This document shows, in pieces, positions 9,467 through 18,749 of a DNA stretch of 64,000 bases. Source of the DNA: Nitrosopumilus sp. (GTDB lineage Archaea; Thermoproteota; Nitrososphaeria; Nitrososphaerales; Nitrosopumilaceae). Made by a program: the position numbers and the translations under genes. Below the pieces are notes generated by a model that had not been told where the DNA came from, ran no database searches, and saw nothing but the letters and a program-made list of their open reading frames with translations. The stretch's first letter is position 1, and each line of letters opens with the position of its first letter. Where the stretch lies: assembly GCA_963662625.1 (NCBI GenBank), contig OY759726.1, forward strand, positions 800,001 through 864,000. The letters are read 5' to 3'.

Positions 9467-10427
9467 GGATCCACCAGCCCAGGTATGAAAGGAGCGCCAT
9501 CGTGGGCACGACCACCACCATGCAGAAGACTGCGGACGTCACTTTCATAAGGGCTATGGCGCCCGTGACGTGCCCCTTGCAGAAGACCCCGGTGCCGTCG
9601 CCGAGGGAGTAGTGGTCGGACTTTTCAAGCCGCGCGTCAAGCGCCCCGGCGATCGCCGCCATGGGGTAGCCGGCGTTGGGGCTCTCGGTCTTTCCGCCGT
9701 CGCGGACCATCACCCGGTAGGACTTTCTCCAGTTGTTCCGCAGGATCATGGAGCTGAGGACCATCACCAGGCTGGTGAGCCTGGACGGGACGTAGTTCAG
9801 CACCCTGTCGCACGCGGCCGCAAACCAGCCGATGTCCCTGAAGATCCGCGTCTTGTAGCCGATCATCGAGTCCGCCGTGTTTACCGCGCGGTAGACAAAC
9901 GAGCCGAAGATCCCGAAGATCCCGAAGTAGAACAGCGGGCCGGTTATCCCGTCCACGGTGTTCTCCCCGATCGACTCCACGACTGCCGAGTACACGTGGT
10001 CCCTGTCCAGGTCCCCGGTGTCGCGCTTTACGATCATGGACAGGTGCTCCCGTGCGGACCGGAGGTTGTCGGCCTCAAGGGCCGCGGCAACCGCCAGGGC
10101 GTGCCTCTCCATCCCCTTGACTGCCAGCGTGGTCTTTAGCAGTACCCCGACGGCCAGGATGGTGGCTGCCGTCGAGATGGACTGGCCCAGCGTCCCCAGC
10201 CCGGAGTACAGCAGGAGAAGGAGCAGGACCGCCGCCAGGGCCGGGACCAGGACCAGGCACGCCCCCGCGAGCCGCTCGTGCGCCCTGGAGGGGCCCCTCG
10301 CGCGGGGCGCCAGCCTCGCGATCAGCGCGCCGGTCCAGGCGGTGGGGTGGTACCTGCTCCTCGGGTCGCCAAAGGCGAGATCAAGCAGGAGGGCAAGAAA
10401 CACGATCGATGCGGACTCGGCTATCAT
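9459..10427 (-). CDS. cbiB: Adenosylcobinamide-phosphate synthase CbiB
   Basis: GDP..HP, ESIGENTVDG, YRAVNTADSMIGY, SPNAGYP. Confidence 0.95.
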   Translation of the reverse strand: MIAESASIVFLALLLDLAFGDPRSRYHPTAWTGALIARLAPRARGPSRAHERLAGACLVLVPALAAVLLLLLLYSGLGTLGQSISTAATILAVGVLLKTTLAVKGMERHALAVAAALEADNLRSAREHLSMIVKRDTGDLDRDHVYSAVVESIGENTVDGITGPLFYFGIFGIFGSFVYRAVNTADSMIGYKTRIFRDIGWFAAACDRVLNYVPSRLTSLVMVLSSMILRNNWRKSYRVMVRDGGKTESPNAGYPMAAIAGALDARLEKSDHYSLGDGTGVFCKGHVTGAIALMKVTSAVFCMVVVVPTMALLSYLGWWIHA

Positions 10428-11263
10428 TTTACCAGTCTTAGTATATGCCCAATATTCAAATTTTCTTCTACCAGCCTCGCGAGCTTGCCGATCTCCCTGT
10501 CGAGCCTCCTGACGCCTCTTCTGTTCCAGGCGTACGGCCTCGCGCGCGCGCCGAGCGAGTCCTCCTCGGGGAGGTCCAGGTCCGCCATCGGGATCGTTCC
10601 CAAGACCGGCCTTTTCGTGATCCTGGCCAGCCTTCTGAGCCCCGGCCTTAGTATTGCGGGATCGCCGCGGAACTTGTTTATGACAAAGCCCCGGACCAGG
10701 TCCCGGTGCTTTTCTTCGAGCAGGGACATCGTCCCGACGATGCTTGCGAAGGAGCCGCCCCTGTCGATGTCCGACACCAGCAGCACGGCCGAGCCGGTCT
10801 TGCCGGCGATCCTCATGTTCGCGATGTCGAACCGCCCCAGGTTGATCTCCGCCGGGGAGCCCGCGCCCTCCAGGATCACCAGGTCGTGGCTCGCCTGCAG
10901 GCGCCTGAAGGACTCCATGGCCAGCCCCAGCCCCCGGGCGTTGCCGAACCGCCGGTAATAGTCAGACGCGTGCATCCTCCCTAGCGCCTTCCCGTGGAGG
11001 TAGACGGTGCTGTAATAGTCGCCCAGCGGTTTCAGCAGTATCGGGTTCAGGTCGGGGGTTATGTCGCACCGCGCGGCCACTGCCTGGATTGCCTGGGCGC
11101 GGGAGATCTCAAAGCCCGCGCCGGCGTAGGCGAAGTTGGACATGTTCTGGGACTTGAAGGGGGCGACCGAAAACCCCCGATCGGAGAGGATCCTGCACAG
11201 GGCGGCCGCCAGGACTGTCTTTCCGGCGCCGGACGACGTGCCCTGGATCATGAGCGGCCTCAT
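10424..11263 (-). CDS. cbiP: Cobyric acid synthase, short form without glutaminase domain (279 aa)
   Basis: MIQGTSSGAGKT, PFKSQNMS, EGAGSPAEINL, DIDRGG, INKFRGD, LPEEDS; ATG at 11263. Confidence 0.92.
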   Translation of the reverse strand: MRPLMIQGTSSGAGKTVLAAALCRILSDRGFSVAPFKSQNMSNFAYAGAGFEISRAQAIQAVAARCDITPDLNPILLKPLGDYYSTVYLHGKALGRMHASDYYRRFGNARGLGLAMESFRRLQASHDLVILEGAGSPAEINLGRFDIANMRIAGKTGSAVLLVSDIDRGGSFASIVGTMSLLEEKHRDLVRGFVINKFRGDPAILRPGLRRLARITKRPVLGTIPMADLDLPEEDSLGARARPYAWNRRGVRRLDREIGKLARLVEENLNIGHILRLVK

Positions 11264-12333
11264 AGTGCCTCCAGCGCCTCGACGAGCCGCCTGTTCTCCT
11301 TCCTTGTCTTTACCGCGACCCTGACGAAGCTGCCGTCCAGCCCGCGAAACGACTTGCAGTCGCGCACCAGGATGTTCCTTTTGAGCAGCCTCTCCTGCAG
11401 CAGGGTGGAGTCGACGTCCGTCCTGACCAGGATGAAGTTGGCGGCGGTTTGGCGGCACTCAAAGCCCTCGATCCCGGAGATCCGCTCCCGGAGGAACCTT
11501 GCCTCGGAACCTATGACCTTCCTCGCCCTGTCAAGGTAGGACGGGTCGGAGAGCGCCACCGATCCGGCCTTCTGTGCCGCCCCGGAGACGTTCCACGGGA
11601 TCTTGGCCTTGCCCAGGACGGCGGCCACCGCGGCGGGGCAGACGCAGTAGCCCAGGCGCATGCCTGCAAGGGCAAACGACTTGGTAAAGGAACGCAGCAC
11701 CACCGCGTTTTTGTGCCTCTTGACCAGGGGCACGGCTGACTCGCCCCTGCCGGGCACCAGTTCGATGAAGCACTCGTCGACGAACGCCAGCGTGTTGTTC
11801 CTCCCGGCCCTGGCGGCGATTCTCTCGAGGCTTTTCCCGGACGCCAGGGTTCCCGTGGGGTTGTTGGGGTTGCAGACGAAGACGCACCCGTCCCGGGGGA
11901 TGGCCGAGAGGAATGCGGGCAGGTCGCCTTCCAGGTCCATGGTCTCAAAGAAGGACGGCCTTGCCCCCGCGAGCCTTGCCGCGGCCTCGTACTCCCCAAA
12001 TGTGGGGGCGGGGATCAGGACCGGGGTCGATCGCGACAGGAACGCCCTGCAGAAGTTGTGGATTATCTCCGTTGCGCCGTTGCCGACTACGATCTGGGAC
12101 GGCGGCGCGCCGGTGTAGGACCCGAGGTCCTCCCTGAGGGATTCGGACTCGGGGTCGGGGTACTCCTGGAAGAGGCCCGGGTTTTTTTGCATGGATCTTA
12201 GGACCTGCGGCATGATCCCCAGCGGGTTGACGCTTGAGCTGAAATCAAGGACGCCGCCCCGGGGGCCCGGGATTGAAAAGATCCCCCCGTGGACTGCCGG
12301 GCGGTGTCGCGATATGTTGGGGTCTGCCTTCAC
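11260..12333 (-). CDS. cobD: L-threonine-O-3-phosphate decarboxylase (class I/II PLP enzyme)
   Basis: HGG...DFSSSVNPLG, CNPNNPTG, DECF, RSFTKSFALAGMRLGY; first gene of cob operon. Confidence 0.88.
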   Translation of the reverse strand: MKADPNISRHRPAVHGGIFSIPGPRGGVLDFSSSVNPLGIMPQVLRSMQKNPGLFQEYPDPESESLREDLGSYTGAPPSQIVVGNGATEIIHNFCRAFLSRSTPVLIPAPTFGEYEAAARLAGARPSFFETMDLEGDLPAFLSAIPRDGCVFVCNPNNPTGTLASGKSLERIAARAGRNNTLAFVDECFIELVPGRGESAVPLVKRHKNAVVLRSFTKSFALAGMRLGYCVCPAAVAAVLGKAKIPWNVSGAAQKAGSVALSDPSYLDRARKVIGSEARFLRERISGIEGFECRQTAANFILVRTDVDSTLLQERLLKRNILVRDCKSFRGLDGSFVRVAVKTRKENRRLVEALEAL

Positions 12334-12428
12334 AGTTGGGAGTACGCGCCGGCAATATAGTGTGTTTTGGTCGTCCCCGCGCGGCGGGCACTTGAAAAGT
12401 TTAACACTTGGGGTCGCGGATGTAATGC

Positions 12429-12893
12429 ATGGCTACCGGCAAGAAGGCAGCTGCGAGGGGGGCCGCAAAGGAACCGGCGAGGCCGAAGGCGCAGCCGAAG
12501 GCTCCCCAGAAGACTGGGTTCGAGAAGGCCTGGAAGGAGTACAACTCCTCGCTGGCCACGTGGAAGGAGTCGCTGGCGCGGTGGCAGAGTGCCACGAACG
12601 GGGCGCTGGTGTCGTACCAGAACGCGTGCCGGGAGGCCCTGGAATCCGACGCGGAGCTGCTAAAGAAGGTCAGCGCGAGCTGGGAGGCGGCGTGGGAGGA
12701 GATAGGGCCCGAGTACATCAAGCAGCAGACCAAGATGATCGAGGGCATCTTCAAGGAGACCAACGTCAGGTCCATCAAGAGGTTCAACGACCAGTGGGAG
12801 AAGTTCCTAAGTACGTCCGGGGGCGACTCCATAAGGGCGTACCAGGAGGCCATCAAGAGGTTCAACGAGGCGTGGCAGAGCGGCCGGGCGTAG
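12429..12893 (+). CDS. Trp-periodic helical hypothetical protein with Lys/Ala-rich N-tail
   Basis: Genome-typical codon usage; paralog of 12965..13375. Confidence 0.8.
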   Translation: MATGKKAAARGAAKEPARPKAQPKAPQKTGFEKAWKEYNSSLATWKESLARWQSATNGALVSYQNACREALESDAELLKKVSASWEAAWEEIGPEYIKQQTKMIEGIFKETNVRSIKRFNDQWEKFLSTSGGDSIRAYQEAIKRFNEAWQSGRA

Positions 12894-12964
12894 GGCGGCT
12901 GGCCGCGGCGGCGCGTCCCGGGCGATCGGCCGGCCCGCTGGCGGGCGCGGGCCCTGCCCCCGGG

Positions 12965-13375
12965 CTAGGATTTGGGCCACATGGAATTCCACGTATCGGC
13001 AAACTTTTTCATCATTTCGCCGTATGCCGTCATCTGCTCAAAACCCGACATGGTGGTGCTGTTCTGCCAGTTTTCGACGAACTGCTTGAAGACGTCCGTG
13101 TTTGAGCTGTTCAGGGCCCTCTGCCAGGAATCGCCAAACTCCTTGATGGGCTTCATGCCTGCCTCGTTCATGGCGTTCTGCCAGTTTTCCCCGAACGACT
13201 TGATCGTGTCCGCGCTGGATTCCCTGAAGGCCTTCTCCCAGACATCGTTGAACCTCGACTGCATGTCGCTGGTCGCGGCCTGGATCTGGTCGCAGAGGGC
13301 CTTCCAGTTTTCCAGGGACTTGACGTATTCCTCCCACATCGAGTCCCATTCGCCGGTTTTTTCTGGTTCGGACAT
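12965..13375 (-). CDS. Trp-periodic helical repeat hypothetical protein
   Basis: About 19-aa repeats K.F.(E/D).WQ; paralog of 12429..12893. Confidence 0.8.
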   Translation of the reverse strand: MSEPEKTGEWDSMWEEYVKSLENWKALCDQIQAATSDMQSRFNDVWEKAFRESSADTIKSFGENWQNAMNEAGMKPIKEFGDSWQRALNSSNTDVFKQFVENWQNSTTMSGFEQMTAYGEMMKKFADTWNSMWPKS

Positions 13376-13428
13376 TGGTTATTGGTGGGGGCAGTGATTC
13401 TTAAACTAATCCATCGGGCCGGGGGGCG

Positions 13429-14760
13429 TCATTCTAGGTACGAGTCGAGCTTGATCCCGTCCAGCCCGGGTATCCTAGCCAGCTCGAACCCCTCGGGCCG
13501 CTTCGAGAGCTGCCTCGTGGCGTCAACCCCCATCTTTGCGGTCCGCAGCCTCTTTTGATCGCTGGACGGGTCGAGGCTGGAGCCCCTCGCCTTCTTCAGG
13601 ATCACCAGGTCGCGGTCTGCCTGGAACCTGGTGGCCATGGCATACTCTACCGCCTCCGCGTCGTGCGGGTCTATGTCGTCGTCGACCACGGTCACCTGCT
13701 TCAGGGAGCGGTGCAGCTCGAACGCCTTCCTCGCGATCTCTTTCCCGTCCGACTCTGACCTTTTTTTGATCTGGACCACCGCGTGCAGCCAGTTGCAGCC
13801 CCCGTTGGTCATGGAGGCCTGCCGCGTCTGCGGGAAGGCCTTCTTCAGCTCGCCGTTGAGCTTGGACTCTATCGGCATGCCCATAAGCAGCCTGTGCTCG
13901 GCATACCCGGACAGGATGTCGTGGAAGACGGGGGCGTTCCGGTAGTAGAGGCGCTCCAGCTCGAAGACCGGCTGGAGGCGCCTGTAGTCGTATGTCTGCA
14001 GCATCTCCACCATCCATTCCGGGTGGGTCCTGTCCTGCAGGATCCTTCCCTCCGCCACTATCTCCGCGCCGGACGGGACCGACATGCCCGAGAACGGGAG
14101 CCTGGCCAGCGCGAGCTTGCCGTCGAGGAGCGAGTTTGCTATGCCGAGCTCGTCGCGGCCCCACTCTGCCTGGTATGCCCCCGCGACGGAGATTGCCGGG
14201 TGCACGCCCACCGTGATTGCCACCCGCAGGTCCCGGCCGTGGGCCTTCGCGTCCGTAAAGCACCTGTGGAGGTGCCTGCCCTCCACCATCCTCACCGAAA
14301 AGTGCGTCTCGTCTATGGGCATCAGCCTGTGGAAGGAGGAGTTCTGCCTGCCCGTCTCGGGGTTCCGGGCGTATATTATCGAGGACGTGATGAACGGGCC
14401 CGACTCCTTTTCAAAGTGGGTCACTACCGGCAGCGGCGAGAGATCCCTGGCCGAGTTCTGGAGGAACTTCCCGGGAGCGGCGGCCCTCGGCTTTCTGGCC
14501 CGCCTTATCGCGGAGATCATCCTCTCGTGTATCCCGTCCTCCGCGCAGCCGATTCCCAGCGCAAACCTCCTTCTGCTCCCCACCAGGTTCGAGACCAGCC
14601 TGAAGTCGCTCTTCCTGACGTTCTCGAACAGGACGGCCGACGAGCCGTTCGCCTTGGCGGTGATCGCCGCCACCTCGTACTTGGCGGAGACCGGCTTTTT
14701 GACGGTCTTGAGCTCCTTGGCTCTTTTCAGCAGGCCGATGTAGTGCCGCAAGTCAGTCAT
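13429..14760 (-). CDS. ubiD: UbiD family decarboxylase
   Basis: DLSPLPVVTHFEKESGPFIT, VVDDDIDP, GSSLDPS, KMGVDAT. Confidence 0.9.
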   Translation of the reverse strand: MTDLRHYIGLLKRAKELKTVKKPVSAKYEVAAITAKANGSSAVLFENVRKSDFRLVSNLVGSRRRFALGIGCAEDGIHERMISAIRRARKPRAAAPGKFLQNSARDLSPLPVVTHFEKESGPFITSSIIYARNPETGRQNSSFHRLMPIDETHFSVRMVEGRHLHRCFTDAKAHGRDLRVAITVGVHPAISVAGAYQAEWGRDELGIANSLLDGKLALARLPFSGMSVPSGAEIVAEGRILQDRTHPEWMVEMLQTYDYRRLQPVFELERLYYRNAPVFHDILSGYAEHRLLMGMPIESKLNGELKKAFPQTRQASMTNGGCNWLHAVVQIKKRSESDGKEIARKAFELHRSLKQVTVVDDDIDPHDAEAVEYAMATRFQADRDLVILKKARGSSLDPSSDQKRLRTAKMGVDATRQLSKRPEGFELARIPGLDGIKLDSYLE

Positions 14761-15094
14761 TCTGCACCATGTCCAGGATTTCTGCCATTAAGGCCTTTGC
14801 GGTCTCGCGTCCCAGGTCCCCGCGTACGAACGACGAGACCATGGCGATGCCTCCCGCCCTGGCGCATACCTGCTCCGCGGCCAGCTTCAGGAAGAGGGAT
14901 CCGGACTTGGACGGTATTATGGTGGTGGTGACCGGGGCCGGGCCGGCCGCCATGGAGACCGCCATCGAGCCAATCCTGTCGTCGCCTTCCGAAACCGTGA
15001 CGAACCGCCCGTTGGCGAATTTTAAAACCCGCAAAGAAAATTTGCGGCCGTCTAGGGACACGGCCTTCTGGGCAAACCCGCCTGGAGAGCTCAA
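14753..15094 (-). CDS. Conserved hypothetical protein (possibly proteasome assembly chaperone-like fold)
   Basis: TTG start, overlaps ubiD start; F.NG.FV.VSE...IGSM pattern. Confidence 0.55.
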   Translation of the reverse strand: MSSPGGFAQKAVSLDGRKFSLRVLKFANGRFVTVSEGDDRIGSMAVSMAAGPAPVTTTIIPSKSGSLFLKLAAEQVCARAGGIAMVSSFVRGDLGRETAKALMAEILDMVQND

Positions 15095-15159
15095 TGGGTT
15101 ATGGGCGCGCCCTGCGCTTTTATTGATATTGGTTCGGGCCGGGCACCGTGGGGGCCCGC

Positions 15160-15600
15160 CTAGCAGGATTGCGGCGGGATCACCGTGGAGGATTCCATGT
15201 CGGGCCGGGCCGGTTCGGCCGGCGCGTCTGCCAGATTTGCAGAGGCCGACTTGGCGGCGGCGGAGCTTTTCGTTTTTCGTGTTTTGGTGGTCTTTGCCTT
15301 GGTGGTCTTTTTGGTCTTCGAGGTCTTGGTTGGGGGCGCCTCCACCTTGATCTTATCGGCGGCAGTCTCGGCTGCTACCTTTGCCTCGATGGAGTCTGCC
15401 TCGACCCTTGCACGCAGCTTTGCCTTGTACTTGAGGTTTCGGGGCTTTGTCCTCAGCCTGTATCCGCAGCAGGGGCACCAGAGGCCCTCCCACTTTATGA
15501 ATATCTCGCAGATCTGGCATCGGCGCTGTCCGGACGCATACCTGCCTGTCCCGACCGGCTTTTGGGCCTTGTACCTAACGCAGATTCCCTTGCAAGTCAT
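15160..15600 (-). CDS. Thaumarchaeal Cys-rich zinc-finger protein with Lys/Thr-rich tail
   Basis: CKGIC...CQIC...CPCC then KTSKTKKTTKAKTTKTRKTK. Confidence 0.8.
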   Translation of the reverse strand: MTCKGICVRYKAQKPVGTGRYASGQRRCQICEIFIKWEGLWCPCCGYRLRTKPRNLKYKAKLRARVEADSIEAKVAAETAADKIKVEAPPTKTSKTKKTTKAKTTKTRKTKSSAAAKSASANLADAPAEPARPDMESSTVIPPQSC

Positions 15601-15760
15601 TTTAGTATTGTAGTATAGAATTCACAACTATATAAGCATGGATCGATGAAATTTAGGAAAAGAAATAGGAATTTTTGTAATAATTTTAATTATTTTGCAA
15701 TTAACGCCCTCAGGTTTGGAAAAAAACCCAAAAAATCTATAATAAATATGTATAGTTTTT
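15601..15760. promoter_or_regulatory. Very AT-rich promoter region of the zinc-finger gene
   Basis: AT-rich island in GC-rich DNA with TATA-like elements (minus-strand TTATATA near 15630). Confidence 0.55.
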
Positions 15761-16027
15761 GCCCTGCGGCGGCGTCCGGGGCGCCACCCGGCCCGCCGCC
15801 TTGCCCGGGTTGCCCGCGCGGGCCACAGAGCCCGCGCGCTTCCCCGGCCGGGGCGGCGGCGCGGGGCCGTCCGGGCAGCTCCCTGCAGCCGCCTTTCGCC
15901 CCCCAGCTAGAGGCCGTGCCGCGGGAGACGGCCTTCTGCGGCAGAAAGCGCCCCTGCCCGCGGCGGGCTGCATAATTCTCATATAACATAACCCCAGACA
16001 CTTTGTGAGATAAGACGGTGAAGGATC

Positions 16028-17764
16028 ATGGCTGAGGAAGACGTTTCACAGATTTCTGCGGGGGAGTTCGAGGCGGTGTCGCAGCTCCTCGCGTCGTCCG
16101 AGTCCCTCCAACTCGCGTTCATCATCATGGTTGCGGGGATCATCGCGATAGTCGCGGCATACAGGGCGTTCTCGTCGTGGATAAGGGCAAAAAAAACCTA
16201 CTACGCCTTCCCGCACAAGTCCAAGTTCCTCCGCAGCGCCATCCTCCCGCTCTTTGCAATAGCGCTCATCACGTCTACCAACGCGTACATCCAGAGCTCG
16301 GATCTGTTCGAGGAGGAGCACAGGATCGCCCACTCGGACATGACCGCGGAGGAGATGTTCGCGAAGATCCTCAACACGTTCAACATCCTGGTGATCGGGT
16401 ACACGGCGGCCCAGCTGGTTCCGATAGTGCTGATCAAGAGGGACAGGTCGGGGCTCGAGAAGGAGGACTTTGACGCGTGGTTCGAGAGCCGGGGGTTCTC
16501 AGACGACGAGGGCGACCTGTTCCACCGGCTCTACAGGTGGGTCCCTCCAAAGTCCACCCCCGAAGACATGGAGGACGCGGACTTCCAGAAGCGCATGGAG
16601 ACCGAGGAGGGAAGGCTGCTGCTGGAGCACTTCCGCACGGGCAGGGGAAACCCGATCGGCGGCTATGAAAAACTGGTGAAGAACCCGTTCGAAGCGTGGA
16701 AAAAGTCGGAGCGGGAAAAGTATGAAAAGTACTTCGACAGCTGCGTCACGGGGGACAACCAGTCCGGGAGGAAGCTTAACCCCGGCGTCAAGCCCGAGGA
16801 GATCTACCCGATAGACGTATGGAGGGAGGAGAAGAGGGCGGGCGGGTTCGAGCCGATAGTCGCGGGCTCTAGGCCCCCCGGGTACGCAAAGAAGAAGAGG
16901 GAGGGGATCCCAAAGTCCGCCAAGCAGGCGCTGCCCATAGGAATCTTCATAGCCACGATCCTGGGGGTGGTCGCGTGGTGGGGGGTGGACCTGTTCGTGG
17001 TGGCCACTGCCACGGGGGGCTTTGCGATAGGGCTGGGCCTGGCCCTGCAGGAGACGATGCAGAACTACTTTGCGTACCTGTTCATCAAAAAGGACAAGAT
17101 ATTTTCGGAGGGCGACAGGATCCAGCTGGAGAGCGGGTACAACGGCTACGTGCACAAGATCACGCCCAGGGTGACGTACGTCATGAACGCCCAGTACGAG
17201 TCGGTGGCGGTGGTCCCCACGAGGTCGCTCACCGCCTCCCAGATCATAAACTACACCAAGGAAAACAGGCTGGTTCCCGCCGTGGTCGGCGTCGGCGTCT
17301 CGTACCTCAACGATCCGAGGCAGGTCGAGGCGATCCTGGTCAAGATCGGGGAGAGGGGGATGAGGGAGCTGACCAACGAGAGGAAGGAGCACCTCGTGAG
17401 GCAGAAGAAGTGCCCCTACCTGAAGCGCAACAGGCCGAGCTGCGGCTGCGACAAGGACCTGCTCGTGAACATCAGCCAGCCGATAGTCAGGTTCCAGTCG
17501 TTCAACGCCTCGTCGCTTGATTTTACGGTGACGCTGTTCGTGCGGGACTACGGGTCCCAGTTCAGGACCAAGTCGGTGATGAGGATGATGATATACGAGG
17601 AGTTCAAAAGGTACGACATCAGGATCCCGTGGGACATCAGGACCGTCTACCAGGGGGACGAGCAGAAGGAGGGCGAGGAGATCGCGAGGAAGGATCCGGA
17701 GAGGAAGAAGGTCGTGGAGGAGTACGGCTCGGAGAGCTACGGCCACGGGGAGTTCGAGGACTAG
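16028..17764 (+). CDS. MscS-family mechanosensitive channel
   Basis: GGFAIGLGLALQETMQNYF, GDRI, VPTR...IINYT, VGVSY, IRIPW. Confidence 0.88.
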   Translation: MAEEDVSQISAGEFEAVSQLLASSESLQLAFIIMVAGIIAIVAAYRAFSSWIRAKKTYYAFPHKSKFLRSAILPLFAIALITSTNAYIQSSDLFEEEHRIAHSDMTAEEMFAKILNTFNILVIGYTAAQLVPIVLIKRDRSGLEKEDFDAWFESRGFSDDEGDLFHRLYRWVPPKSTPEDMEDADFQKRMETEEGRLLLEHFRTGRGNPIGGYEKLVKNPFEAWKKSEREKYEKYFDSCVTGDNQSGRKLNPGVKPEEIYPIDVWREEKRAGGFEPIVAGSRPPGYAKKKREGIPKSAKQALPIGIFIATILGVVAWWGVDLFVVATATGGFAIGLGLALQETMQNYFAYLFIKKDKIFSEGDRIQLESGYNGYVHKITPRVTYVMNAQYESVAVVPTRSLTASQIINYTKENRLVPAVVGVGVSYLNDPRQVEAILVKIGERGMRELTNERKEHLVRQKKCPYLKRNRPSCGCDKDLLVNISQPIVRFQSFNASSLDFTVTLFVRDYGSQFRTKSVMRMMIYEEFKRYDIRIPWDIRTVYQGDEQKEGEEIARKDPERKKVVEEYGSESYGHGEFED

Positions 17765-17801
17765 ACACTCAAAACTTAAGAATCCCACCCCACACGATCA
17801 T

Positions 17802-18683
17802 TTGTTGAGCAGGCTATCGGTGGTTGCCGGCAAGTCCTCCGAGGAGCTGGCCGGGAAGGTCGCAAGGAGGCTGGGGGCCGGCCTGGTAAGGACCCGCGTG
17901 GTGACCTTCCCGGACGGGGAAAGCAAGATCACGCTGCGCGGCGCCCTGTCGGGCGAGAAGGTGGTCGTGGTCCAGTCGATCCACCCGCCGGTGGACACGA
18001 ACCTGGTACAGGCCCTGTCCCTTGTGGCCAGGGCCAGGGAGGCCGCCCCCCGGGTGGTCGCCGTCGTCCCGTACCTGGGATACGCGAGGCAGGACAGGGA
18101 GTTCCTGCCGGGGGAGATCGTCGCCACGAAGGTCCTGGCCAGGCTGTTCAGGGGGGCGGGGGCCTCGGAGATCGTGGTGGTCGACGTCCACAGCAAGGCC
18201 GGGCTGGGGCACTTTAAGATAAAGTCGACGAACGTCTCCGCGGTGCCGGCGCTCGCAAGGCACTTCAGGAAGATGCGCCTGGGGGACCCGGTGGCGGTGT
18301 CGCCGGACCAGGGTGGCAGGGAGCGCGCGGAGGAGTTTGCGAGGCTGCTAGGCACGGACTGCGTCGCGCTGTCAAAGGAGAGGGACAGGAGGACGGGCAG
18401 CGTGCGGATCAAGACAAAGGGGGCCGACGGCATAGCCGGCAGGGACGTGATCCTGGTGGACGACATGGTAAGCACGGGGGGAAGCATCATCAAGGCCACG
18501 GAGTTCCTCAGGGGCCAGAAATGCGGGGAGGTGTTTGTCGCGTGCACGCACGGGCTCATGGCGGGCGACGCCGTGGAAAAGATCAGGGGGGCGGGCGTGG
18601 CGGAGATCGTCAGCTCCAACACGGTCCCCGGAAGGACCGCCAGCGTGGACGTGTCGGCGGAGATCGCCGGGGCGATAGCATAG
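17802..18683 (+). CDS. prs: Ribose-phosphate pyrophosphokinase
   Basis: FPDGES, PYLGYARQD, SPDQGG, VILVDDMVSTGGS. Confidence 0.96.
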   Translation: MLSRLSVVAGKSSEELAGKVARRLGAGLVRTRVVTFPDGESKITLRGALSGEKVVVVQSIHPPVDTNLVQALSLVARAREAAPRVVAVVPYLGYARQDREFLPGEIVATKVLARLFRGAGASEIVVVDVHSKAGLGHFKIKSTNVSAVPALARHFRKMRLGDPVAVSPDQGGRERAEEFARLLGTDCVALSKERDRRTGSVRIKTKGADGIAGRDVILVDDMVSTGGSIIKATEFLRGQKCGEVFVACTHGLMAGDAVEKIRGAGVAEIVSSNTVPGRTASVDVSAEIAGAIA

Positions 18684-18749
18684 CGGCGCTGGGCAGGGGG
18701 GTCCGGCGCACCCACAGGCATAAAAGCCAGGCCGGGCAGTAATTCTACG

